A DNA stretch of 64,000 nt from an uncultured Gammaproteobacteria bacterium (GTDB lineage: Bacteria > Patescibacteriota > Microgenomatia > PFEM01 > DATLAM01), in assembly GCA_964566925.1 (NCBI GenBank), contig CAZMIZ010000004.1, positions 35,951 to 99,950 of the forward strand, written 5' to 3'. How positions within the stretch are numbered: the first letter of the stretch is position 1; each line of letters begins with the position of its first letter. Positions 56,732-64,000 of the stretch are shown one piece after another. The translations under genes and the position numbers were made by a program. Under the pieces are notes generated by a model. The model was not told the DNA's origin. It did no database searches and saw only the letters and a list, made by a program, of their open reading frames with translations.

Positions 56732-58846
56732 CTAACTAAAGAAAGAAGCCAAACTCATTAAGAAGGAGCGAAAAGCCGCTGATCTGGCGCTAAGAAAGCC
56801 TCGGCTGGTTGCTAAAGCCCCTATTAGTTCTCTTCTTCTTCGGTATCCCTTAGTTGATAGGTAGGTGGCCAAGGAACCGAAAAGAATCACCCATAGTTTT
56901 TGTTCTTGGGTCATTCCCGCCGGGGCCGTTGTCACTCCTAAAGTACCGCCACCCCCAGCCGCTTCCACCTCTTGACTGGCTCCAGGAATCAAAGGTAAAG
57001 AACCACCGATCAGAAAAGGACTCTCTGATGAAGCCGAAATCAACTGATCATCTGGGCCAACGTAACCTGAAGCCACGGCTCGAGCTAGATATTCACCCGG
57101 GGGAGCATCTTGGGAAAGAACCAAGCCGGTAGTCACCTTAACGCCTTTACCGGCATCAAGATCACCTAAATCAAAAATCCCGCCACCCATATCAATTCCG
57201 TCCTTAATCAAATTAATCGCCAGCTTAGTATCATAAACTCGACCGGTTCCCGGATTTTTAACGACAACAAAGAAAGTAACGGTGTCGCCCGGAAGAACAT
57301 GAGTGCCCACATTATGACTCAAATTAACTTCCAGAAGTCCCCCTTCTTGGTGAAGCTCTAAACCTGAATCTTCATGAGCCGAAGTTGTCTCAATTGGGGA
57401 GTCAGGGTTATTTTCCGGATCAGTGGCAAAAAGACTGGCGCCACCAATATCCCCATCAAGAGAACCAAAGATATTAATAAAACCTAAAAAGCCAAACGAA
57501 CGAATAATTGAGGAATTAACAAAATTAATAATCGAAATCGCACTGTAGGCATCCCCAGTTTCAATCTCTGCTTCCCCACCTTCAATTGAATTCCCGCCGG
57601 TATTGGCAGTTGAGGAAACATTGTTGACCACACAGGCTTGATTATCAACCAAAACCACATCGCCACAGGTGGAACAACTACTATCACTATCAGTACTTGA
57701 ACTAGTGGAACTCAATAACAAATTGCCGCCTCCAGCTAAACCTTCCAGCTCATTCCAACCCAAAAAGTCTCCTAGCCATTGGCCAAAAGTATTAACCACC
57801 AAATGATAGAAAGTAACGTCAACCAAACTGGTATTAACTAAATTAACCAAATTAACCACGCTTTGGGCATTACCGGTAGTGATACTGGCGCTCTCGGTGC
57901 TCGTAATTGAGTTCTGGCCACTGATGGCTGAGGAATCAACCTGATTTTCAACCGTCGCCTCGTTTTCTATTTTTACGACCTCACCGCAGCAGTTATCTTC
58001 AGTCGAGAACTCAGGTAAAAGAATGTTTCCTTCAACCCCGCCAAAAATGTTAATCGTCACGATATGAACGGTGGAATCAATAAAGGTCGTATTCACCTTA
58101 TTAAGTAAGGAAACAATTGAAACGGCATCGCCGGTATTGATCACCGCTTCTTCAGCCCCTTCAATTGAGTTATCCCCGGTATTGGCTGAAGAAACAATCT
58201 CGTTAGAGAGATAGGCGAAATTCTGATTATTAATGACGGAAACATTAACCACCGGTTCTTGATTGTCATTTTGAATAAAAACGTTATTGGCAATTGCCAG
58301 GGGTGTCGTGGTTAAATCGATATCCCCACCCTGGGGAACAAAAATATTTAAAGTTTGGTACAAAACCTGGGAATTGACTTCCGTCGAATTGACTTCATTT
58401 TCCACTTCCACCACGGAAACGGCATCACCGGTTTCAATTACCGCCGGTGAAGGCGTGGGCGTCGGCGTCTCTTCAGGAAGGGTTTCGGTTTCTCCCGTCG
58501 TTTCTTCGGTGGCACTGGGAGTGGCTTCTTCAGTGGTTAAGGGATCAATCGTTGGAGTGGGCGTCGGTTCCTCAATTGAATTTTCACCACTGATCGCCGT
58601 TGAGTCAACTTCGTTGGTCACTTCGGCTTCGTTTTCAATTTCGGCGGTCGTCGCCTCTTCTTCAGTTTCCTCAGGTGGGTCGCAAGGCGGCAAAGAATCA
58701 CCAGATTCATCCGTGGTTTCCGTTGTCTGCACCTCTGGATCGTCTCCTGAACCAGCTTCTTCAGCTAAAACGGCTCTAAAGCCCAGCTGACCCACGGCCA
58801 GTAAGAAAATGATCCAGATTGCTAAACCTTTTTTAATTTTTTTCAT
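56732..58846 (-). CDS. Large secreted protein: four Asn/Gly beta-repeats, Ig-like domain, C-terminal TM anchor
   Basis: Signal peptide; four A(N/I)(T/S)GxNSI..IxTGxA repeats; PGDTVTFFVVVKNPG (DUF11/CARDB-like); TM plus basic tail. Confidence 0.8.
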   Translation of the reverse strand: MKKIKKGLAIWIIFLLAVGQLGFRAVLAEEAGSGDDPEVQTTETTDESGDSLPPCDPPEETEEEATTAEIENEAEVTNEVDSTAISGENSIEEPTPTPTIDPLTTEEATPSATEETTGETETLPEETPTPTPSPAVIETGDAVSVVEVENEVNSTEVNSQVLYQTLNIFVPQGGDIDLTTTPLAIANNVFIQNDNQEPVVNVSVINNQNFAYLSNEIVSSANTGDNSIEGAEEAVINTGDAVSIVSLLNKVNTTFIDSTVHIVTINIFGGVEGNILLPEFSTEDNCCGEVVKIENEATVENQVDSSAISGQNSITSTESASITTGNAQSVVNLVNLVNTSLVDVTFYHLVVNTFGQWLGDFLGWNELEGLAGGGNLLLSSTSSSTDSDSSCSTCGDVVLVDNQACVVNNVSSTANTGGNSIEGGEAEIETGDAYSAISIINFVNSSIIRSFGFLGFINIFGSLDGDIGGASLFATDPENNPDSPIETTSAHEDSGLELHQEGGLLEVNLSHNVGTHVLPGDTVTFFVVVKNPGTGRVYDTKLAINLIKDGIDMGGGIFDLGDLDAGKGVKVTTGLVLSQDAPPGEYLARAVASGYVGPDDQLISASSESPFLIGGSLPLIPGASQEVEAAGGGGTLGVTTAPAGMTQEQKLWVILFGSLATYLSTKGYRRRRELIGALATSRGFLSARSAAFRSFLMSLASFFS

Positions 58847-58875
58847 TAATCTTTCTTCTTAAACTTACTTAACTC

Positions 58876-58913
58876 GTCCCTGGGAAGGGGGCCAAAACCC
58901 CCTTCCCTAGGAC
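58876..58913 (-). terminator. Strong GC hairpin between the small and large repeat genes (terminator, attenuator or stabiliser)
   Basis: gtccctgggaaggggg-ccaaaa-cccccttccctaggac; no clear U-tract on the minus strand. Confidence 0.6.
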
Positions 58914-58941
58914 AAAAACAAGCGCTCCTTTTGCGGAGTGA

Positions 58942-59373
58942 TTACATGCCAATCAAACTATAATTGACAAAGCTAGTCACAACCGAGGTTGCGCTTGCAG
59001 CACCGGTGTTAATTGATCCGCTTCCGACCATTCCCCCGCTAATCATGTTGTCTCCACTGTCGGCTTTGGTCTTAACCCAGTTAGAAACCACCCCACCATT
59101 GTAGATATTCCCTCCGAAACAACCAACACATCCTCCGATCCCAGTGCTATTAACATCATTGCCCACATTGGCGTAGGCGCTAGCGGCACCAGTGCGAATT
59201 GAGCCGCCACAGACCCACATCCCGCCAATCATGTTGTCTCCACTGTCGGCTTTGGTCCGAACACTATTGGAAACAAGACCATAATTGTGAATGTTCCACA
59301 TACCCATGGCTGGGCCAGCAACGGAAAGAAGCATTAAGCCTGCGGCACCGAACGCAATTGCTTTTTTAACCAT
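58942..59373 (-). CDS. Small secreted protein with two Asn/Gly beta-repeats
   Basis: Signal peptide ending GPAMG; two TKADSGDNMI..GSIxTGAASA repeats; purine-rich RBS aaagggggtga. Confidence 0.8.
   Translation of the reverse strand: MVKKAIAFGAAGLMLLSVAGPAMGMWNIHNYGLVSNSVRTKADSGDNMIGGMWVCGGSIRTGAASAYANVGNDVNSTGIGGCVGCFGGNIYNGGVVSNWVKTKADSGDNMISGGMVGSGSINTGAASATSVVTSFVNYSLIGM
59041..59257. repeat. 31-bp exact direct repeat inside the small repeat gene
   Basis: aatcatgttgtctccactgtcggctttggtc at 59041-59071 and 59227-59257. Confidence 0.9.
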
Positions 59374-59432
59374 TTAATTTTCACCCCCTTTCCCTGCCTC
59401 GCCATCACCTAGAAGGCAAAGACGGGCTTAAG

Positions 59433-59452
59433 AATTTTCTTCGAAGAAAATT
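59433..59452. repeat. Perfect 20-bp palindrome in the 5' leader
   Basis: aattttcttc-gaagaaaatt. Confidence 0.9.
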
Positions 59453-59557
59453 TTTAGAATAGTAAAAGAATTCCAGCAAGAAATATTTACCTCTCTTGGT
59501 ATCTAGCAAAACCAAATCTGACTTCTTATAGGGCAGAAAGTTAAGAAGTTAACTAGC

Positions 59558-59587
59558 AATATAGAGCAGAAAAAGAGATTTTGTCAA
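59558..59587 (-). promoter_or_regulatory. Sigma70-like promoter TTGACA-N18-TATATT
   Basis: tgtcaa at 59582-59587 and aatata at 59558-59563. Confidence 0.55.
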
Positions 59588-59603
59588 GAGCCAACTTTCT
59601 CTC

Positions 59604-59990
59604 TTAAGGCGAAAACCAGAAAAATCCTATAATTTCTGAAAAAAGACGGCTGACAAAATCCAATAGTTTTTTTCTAAAAACCTCTATTGATTGGGAAGCC
59701 TTTTCCTGAGATTCTTCATTTGGCTGATCAGGAGAAACCGAGGTAACCACCAATGAACCTTCTGGGCTGGATTCAACTTTAACCTCCCCATCCTCCACTT
59801 CCACTTTAATCGTGCCTGGACTGGTGCTTTCCACGTGAGTCGTTTCTCCATTGACAACATTGGTGATTTCCGTTTGGGCAGAAGCATTATCGCCAGAAAC
59901 TTCGTTAATCACCTCTGTTTCTACTTTAGCTGAGGCCAGATTGGAAATAATCAGGGGAAAGAAAACAAAACTTAGAAAAACCCTTCTCAT
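59604..59990 (-). CDS. Small secreted protein with a partial beta-repeat
   Basis: Signal peptide; VINEVSGDNASAQTEITNVVN; amphipathic aromatic C-terminus. Confidence 0.7.
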   Translation of the reverse strand: MRRVFLSFVFFPLIISNLASAKVETEVINEVSGDNASAQTEITNVVNGETTHVESTSPGTIKVEVEDGEVKVESSPEGSLVVTSVSPDQPNEESQEKASQSIEVFRKKLLDFVSRLFSEIIGFFWFSP

Positions 59991-60007
59991 TAAGCCTTTC
60001 TGTCTTT

Positions 60008-60041
60008 TATATAATCCAAATCAGTTAAGTTGTCAACTTAA
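60008..60041 (-). promoter_or_regulatory. Promoter TTGACA-N17-TATATA with a palindrome over the -35 box
   Basis: ttaagttg-t-caacttaa at 60025-60041 contains tgtcaa (60031-60036). Confidence 0.55.
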
Positions 60042-60088
60042 ATAGTTAGGTTTACTAACCCCTCTTTTTATGCTAAATTAGAATTGTC

Positions 60089-62548
60089 ATGGAAACCTTT
60101 TCTGCCTATCTTTTTTGGCATTATGTCTTTGCGCCAAAGAAGCTTTTAAGGATCACAACCAATTTTTTCCTTTTCTTTTATTATTACTTCTCAGTCAGAA
60201 TTTTGGTCCGAACCTTCTTCTCTCCCTGGAAAAGGCAAACGATTAAAAGAGAAAGGAGGCTTAGTCTTTCTAACCTCCTCCAGGTTCTTTCTTTTAACCT
60301 TATCTCCCGAACGATTGGGGCCATTGTTCGAGGAATCGTTTTATTGGGCTGGTTCTGGAGTGAAGTCGTCGTCTTTTTCTTTTTTCTTTTCCTTTTCCCC
60401 GCCTGGATAATCATTCCGGGGTTCACCTCCCCTCTTTTCCTTTACTTGAGGAAGCCACCTGATCCTGCCTTAAAGTTAATTAAAAAGAGGGTTAGCGATC
60501 CAGAAAAAATCTTTCGGTTTCTGCTTAAAACCGAGATGGGCAAATTTCTTTTCTCTCGACTAGGCATTTTACCAGGGAAGTTCACCGACTCATTAACCAA
60601 AACCCCTCCCAAAGACCAACCCTTCCCCTTACCCAAAACCCCTTCCTCAACCCGCCTCTTCTATCTTTTGGCTAAAAACTGGTCACCTTTTAAAAAATTT
60701 CTTTTTGAAAAAGAATTGGACGAAAAAGACATCCTCACTGTTTGCCGTTGGTTTGAAAGGATTAAGAAAGAGGAACGACACCAGATTCGCTTCTGGGAGT
60801 CCGAAAATCTTTTAAGCATGAGGGGGATTGGCAAAGATTGGGCCTATGGTTACACCCTTGATTTGGATAAATACTCGGATGATTTAACCCAACCTTTGCC
60901 TTTTTCTCACCATCTGGTCGGCCGCGAAAAAGAAGTCGAACTGATCCAACAGGTTCTCTCCCGAGCCGAAGAAAACAACGTTTTGCTGGTTGGCCAACCG
61001 GGCATTGGCCGTCACACAATTATTTTAGAGTTGGCCAAAAAAGTGAAAGAAGGAAGAGTCCATCCTTCTTTAGCTCATAAACGAGTTCTCTCTTTAAATC
61101 TTAATCTCCTCTTGGGTTCTTCGGAATCACTGGTAAAGGCAAAAGGTCTTATTGAGACCGTTCTTCAAGAAGCCACCAAGGCCGGCAATGTCATCCTGGT
61201 CATTGACAGTTTTGACAAATTTGTTTCCAGTGGTTCTGGCCGAATCGACTTAACTGACCTTTTTAAAGAAAGTTCAACTGGAGCCAGGCTTCAAGTCATT
61301 GGCATTACCACCCCCGCTGCTTTCCAGAAATATATCTTCCCTAACCAGGAAATTATGAAAGCTTTTGAAAAGGTCGAGGCTGAACCACCCAGTCTCAAAG
61401 AGGCCCTGGTGATTCTCCAAGACACGACTCCTTTTTATGAGAAACGAAATAATGTTTTTGTTCTTCATCAAACCTTAACCGAGATCGTTACCAAGTCTGA
61501 CCAGTATGTGACCGAAATTCCCTTTCCGGAGAAAGCAATTGACCTTCTTGATGAGAGCTGCGTCTTTACCTCAACAAAAGCCAAAAAGCCTCTCGTCACC
61601 CCTAAGGAAGTTAATCAAGTTTTGGCGGAAAAAATCAAAATTCCTTTAGGCGATATTAAAAAAGAGGAGCAAGAAAAACTGAAACAGCTAGAAAGTCTCT
61701 TGCATAAAAGAATCGTTAACCAAGAAATAGCTGTCAGTCAAATTGCCAAAGCGATGCGTCGAGCTAGGCTAGGAATTGCCCAAAAAGACAAGCCAATTGG
61801 TACTTTCCTCTTTTTGGGCCCCACCGGGGTGGGTAAAACCGAAACCGCTAAAGCCTTAGCCGAAGCCTATTTTGGCCACGAAAAACGAATGATTCGTTTC
61901 GATATGAGCGAATATCAAGGCCAAGACGCGATCAAAAGAGTTCTTGGCAATCAAACGACTGAAGAACCAGGTTTAATCGCCTCGGCCATCCGGAAAAATC
62001 CTTTCTCTTTGCTTCTTTTGGATGAAATTGAAAAAGCCCACCCTGATATTCTTAATCTTTTTCTGGTTCTCCTTGATGAAGGTTTTTTCACTGACGCCTT
62101 TGGTAAAAAAATCGATTGTCGTAACCTGATTGTCATTGGCACTTCCAACGCTGGCAGTGAATTTATTCGGGAAGAACTTAACCGAGGGACTGATAAAAAC
62201 CAATTGCCAGCCAAAGTTTTAGACTTCGTTCAGAAAAAGGAAATCTTTTCTCCGGAATTTCTTAATCGTTTTGATGCGGTCGTTGTTTATGGGCCATTAA
62301 ATAAAGACCAATTAAAAAAGGTTGCCCAACTCCTTCTCCAAAGACTAAACCAGAGACTGGCCGAAAAAGATCTGAAGCTAAAAATTGATGATCAACTAAT
62401 TGAAAAAGTGGCTGAGTTAGGCTATAGTCCCACCCTTGGCGCCCGACCAATGAAACGAGTTATCCAAGACAAAATCGAGGATCAAATTGCCCAGCGAATC
62501 CTTAAAGGAGAATTAAAAAGAGGCCAAAAAGTCGAAATCAACCTTTAA
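60089..62548 (+). CDS. ClpA/B-family (Hsp100) AAA+ ATPase with an N-terminal membrane domain
   Basis: Hydrophobic N-terminus; D1 GQPGIGRH..IDSFD; FPEKAIDLLDE; D2 GPTGVGKT, DMSEY, LLDEIEKAH and GARP. Confidence 0.85.
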   Translation: METFSAYLFWHYVFAPKKLLRITTNFFLFFYYYFSVRILVRTFFSPWKRQTIKRERRLSLSNLLQVLSFNLISRTIGAIVRGIVLLGWFWSEVVVFFFFLFLFPAWIIIPGFTSPLFLYLRKPPDPALKLIKKRVSDPEKIFRFLLKTEMGKFLFSRLGILPGKFTDSLTKTPPKDQPFPLPKTPSSTRLFYLLAKNWSPFKKFLFEKELDEKDILTVCRWFERIKKEERHQIRFWESENLLSMRGIGKDWAYGYTLDLDKYSDDLTQPLPFSHHLVGREKEVELIQQVLSRAEENNVLLVGQPGIGRHTIILELAKKVKEGRVHPSLAHKRVLSLNLNLLLGSSESLVKAKGLIETVLQEATKAGNVILVIDSFDKFVSSGSGRIDLTDLFKESSTGARLQVIGITTPAAFQKYIFPNQEIMKAFEKVEAEPPSLKEALVILQDTTPFYEKRNNVFVLHQTLTEIVTKSDQYVTEIPFPEKAIDLLDESCVFTSTKAKKPLVTPKEVNQVLAEKIKIPLGDIKKEEQEKLKQLESLLHKRIVNQEIAVSQIAKAMRRARLGIAQKDKPIGTFLFLGPTGVGKTETAKALAEAYFGHEKRMIRFDMSEYQGQDAIKRVLGNQTTEEPGLIASAIRKNPFSLLLLDEIEKAHPDILNLFLVLLDEGFFTDAFGKKIDCRNLIVIGTSNAGSEFIREELNRGTDKNQLPAKVLDFVQKKEIFSPEFLNRFDAVVVYGPLNKDQLKKVAQLLLQRLNQRLAEKDLKLKIDDQLIEKVAELGYSPTLGARPMKRVIQDKIEDQIAQRILKGELKRGQKVEINL

Positions 62549-63540
62549 CCCTGATAACCTTGAGGATGGCTTTGGTGCCACTGCCAAGCGCTCTTCACAA
62601 TTGATTCCAAATCAGAATATTTTGGTTGCCAGGAAAATTCCTTTTTAATTTTGCGATTATCGGCATAAAGTCGGGCAGGATCACCTGGTCTTCGGGGACC
62701 AATTTCGGTTTTAAAATCAAGGCCGGAGACTTTCTTTACCTTGGCCACCACCTCTTTAACCGAATAGCCTTGGCCAGTGCCCACATTAAAAAACTCCGTT
62801 TTTTTTCTCTTTTCTAATCTTTCTAAAGCCAAAAGATGAACTTTAGCCAAATCAAGAACATGGATATAATCCCGAATACAGGTTCCATCAGGGGTTGGGT
62901 AGTCGTCCCCATAAATAACTAGCTTTTTCCTCTTCCCTAAAGCGGTTTGGCAAGCCAGGGGAATCAAGTGGGTTTCCGGATCATGATCCTCGCCTATTGA
63001 GCCATCAGGAGCCGCCCCCGCGGCATTAAAATAGCGAAGAGAAATTGAATGAAGACCAAAAATATTTTCATACCAACTCAAGATCTTTTCGACCATCAAT
63101 TTTGATTCGCCATAAGGACTTTCTGGTTTTTTCTTCTCCCCTTCAACAATCGGCAGTTTCTCGGGCTGACCATAAACAGCACAGGTTGAGGAAAAAACGA
63201 TTTTCTTAACCTGATTTTTTCTCATTGCTTCCAGTAAATTCAGGGTCCCACCCACATTATTGAGAAAATACTTGGCTGGTTTTTCCATTGACTCCCCCGT
63301 CAGGGCATAGGCGGCAAAATGAACCACCCCAGCAAATTTTTCTTTTTTGAAGGTTCCTTCCAGGAGATCCTTATCGGTTGTCAAATCACCCTTGATTAGA
63401 TTGAAGCCAGTCACCGCCTCTTGATGGCCATATCGAAGATTATCAAAAATAACGACCTCGTAACCCTTTTTTTTAAGAGCTTGAGCCGTAAAACTACCAA
63501 TGTAACCAGCTCCGCCAGTGACTAAAATCTTTTTATTCAT
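62545..63540 (-). CDS. galE: UDP-glucose 4-epimerase
   Basis: GGAGYIGS, FSSTCAVYG, YGESK, LRYFNAAG and DGTCIRDYIHV motifs. Confidence 0.95.
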   Translation of the reverse strand: MNKKILVTGGAGYIGSFTAQALKKKGYEVVIFDNLRYGHQEAVTGFNLIKGDLTTDKDLLEGTFKKEKFAGVVHFAAYALTGESMEKPAKYFLNNVGGTLNLLEAMRKNQVKKIVFSSTCAVYGQPEKLPIVEGEKKKPESPYGESKLMVEKILSWYENIFGLHSISLRYFNAAGAAPDGSIGEDHDPETHLIPLACQTALGKRKKLVIYGDDYPTPDGTCIRDYIHVLDLAKVHLLALERLEKRKKTEFFNVGTGQGYSVKEVVAKVKKVSGLDFKTEIGPRRPGDPARLYADNRKIKKEFSWQPKYSDLESIVKSAWQWHQSHPQGYQG

Positions 63541-63832
63541 ACTTTGGTTCTGCTAGCTTCCCGACTTTTTGGTTGTTAATGGGAATCTTTAAAGCCCAGC
63601 CTAAAGCATTGGCCACCGAAATCCCCACTCTTAAACCAGTAAATGATCCCGGCCCCAGATTAACCTTAATCTCCTTAATCTGTTTAAGCGAAACCCGGCT
63701 CTTTTTCAAAACTTGATCAATTTCGGCCAACAACTGTTGGCTTCGATGTTCTTTGGCCGTAAAGGTCCAGGTCTTTTTATCCAACCCTATTATAGTTTTT
63801 TTATTATCGGATGTGTCAAGAAAGAGAATCAT
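63533..63832 (-). CDS. tsaB: t6A biosynthesis protein TsaB (short form)
   Basis: ILFLDTS, HRSQQLL and GPGSFTGLRVG..ANAL motifs. Confidence 0.85.
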   Translation of the reverse strand: MILFLDTSDNKKTIIGLDKKTWTFTAKEHRSQQLLAEIDQVLKKSRVSLKQIKEIKVNLGPGSFTGLRVGISVANALGWALKIPINNQKVGKLAEPKYE

Positions 63833-63920
63833 AATTAATGACTAATGATTAATGACTGATGACTGATGATTGATGAATTCGACCATTAATCATTGATCAT
63901 CGATCATTAATCATTAATTT
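63833..63920. repeat. Inverted pair of heptamer arrays (TRATGAY)x6 / (CATYRAT)x5
   Basis: taatgac taatgat taatgac tgatgac tgatgat tgatgaa ttcgac cattaat cattgat catcgat cattaat cattaat. Confidence 0.9.
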
Positions 63921-64000
63921 CAATTTTCCTCTGCTTTTCGCCTGCATACTCAAAATAAACCTCAATTCTTTTCTTAGGCAGAATGGTTTTAATCTTTTCG
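63907..64000 (-). CDS. tsaE: t6A ATPase TsaE, 3' end only
   Basis: Hand translation EKIKTILPKKRIEVYFEYAGEKQRKIEIND* resembles the TsaE C-terminus; directly upstream of tsaB. Confidence 0.65.
   Translation of the reverse strand, partial: EKIKTILPKKRIEVYFEYAGEKQRKIEIND

Noticed and set aside
58287-58790. 167-aa + strand ORF (also 56130-56565)
   Set aside because: Antisense to low-complexity Thr/Pro/Glu-rich coding sequence, which lacks stops on the opposite strand.
1-64000. CRISPR array, tRNA/rRNA genes, transposase, integrase, prophage or reverse transcriptase
   Set aside because: None recognised by eye; the repeats lack spacer structure and intergenic gaps are short.

Overview
This window is almost entirely coding chromosome and looks like Patescibacteria (CPR), Microgenomates-type. 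That assignment is inferred from gene content, overlapping genes, a short TsaB and small palindromic in-frame inserts. About 1-48.6 kb is one large minus-strand surface-glycan locus: about 17 multi-TM GT-C-type genes (PMT/ArnT-like, YfhO-like, PTPS-related, PIG-V-like, DUF2079-like, MptA-like), 4 polyprenol-phosphate sugar synthases (one fused to GtrA), soluble GT2/GT4 enzymes, 2 Wzx-like flippases, and rmlBCD, ugd and an Rmd/Gmd-like gene. trmD, a GNAT gene and a small membrane gene interrupt it. Next come a NAGPA-like gene, TPM/lemA, a YkuK-like RNase H, rtcB, a TrpR/YerC-like gene bracketed by a 22-bp palindromic direct repeat, and a CAP protein. The most novel-looking block (55.3-60.0 kb) has a sortase, a Cys-rich/FN3 protein with an LADTG signal, and three secreted proteins sharing an Asn/Gly-rich beta-repeat; this is a candidate chaplin/curli-like surface fibre system. 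The window ends with a membrane-anchored Clp ATPase whose first AAA module is degenerate, then galE, tsaB and the end of tsaE. Heptamer tandem repeats and small hairpin elements sit in-frame inside several genes, and many genes appear leaderless. All calls come from reading motifs by eye; no searches were run.
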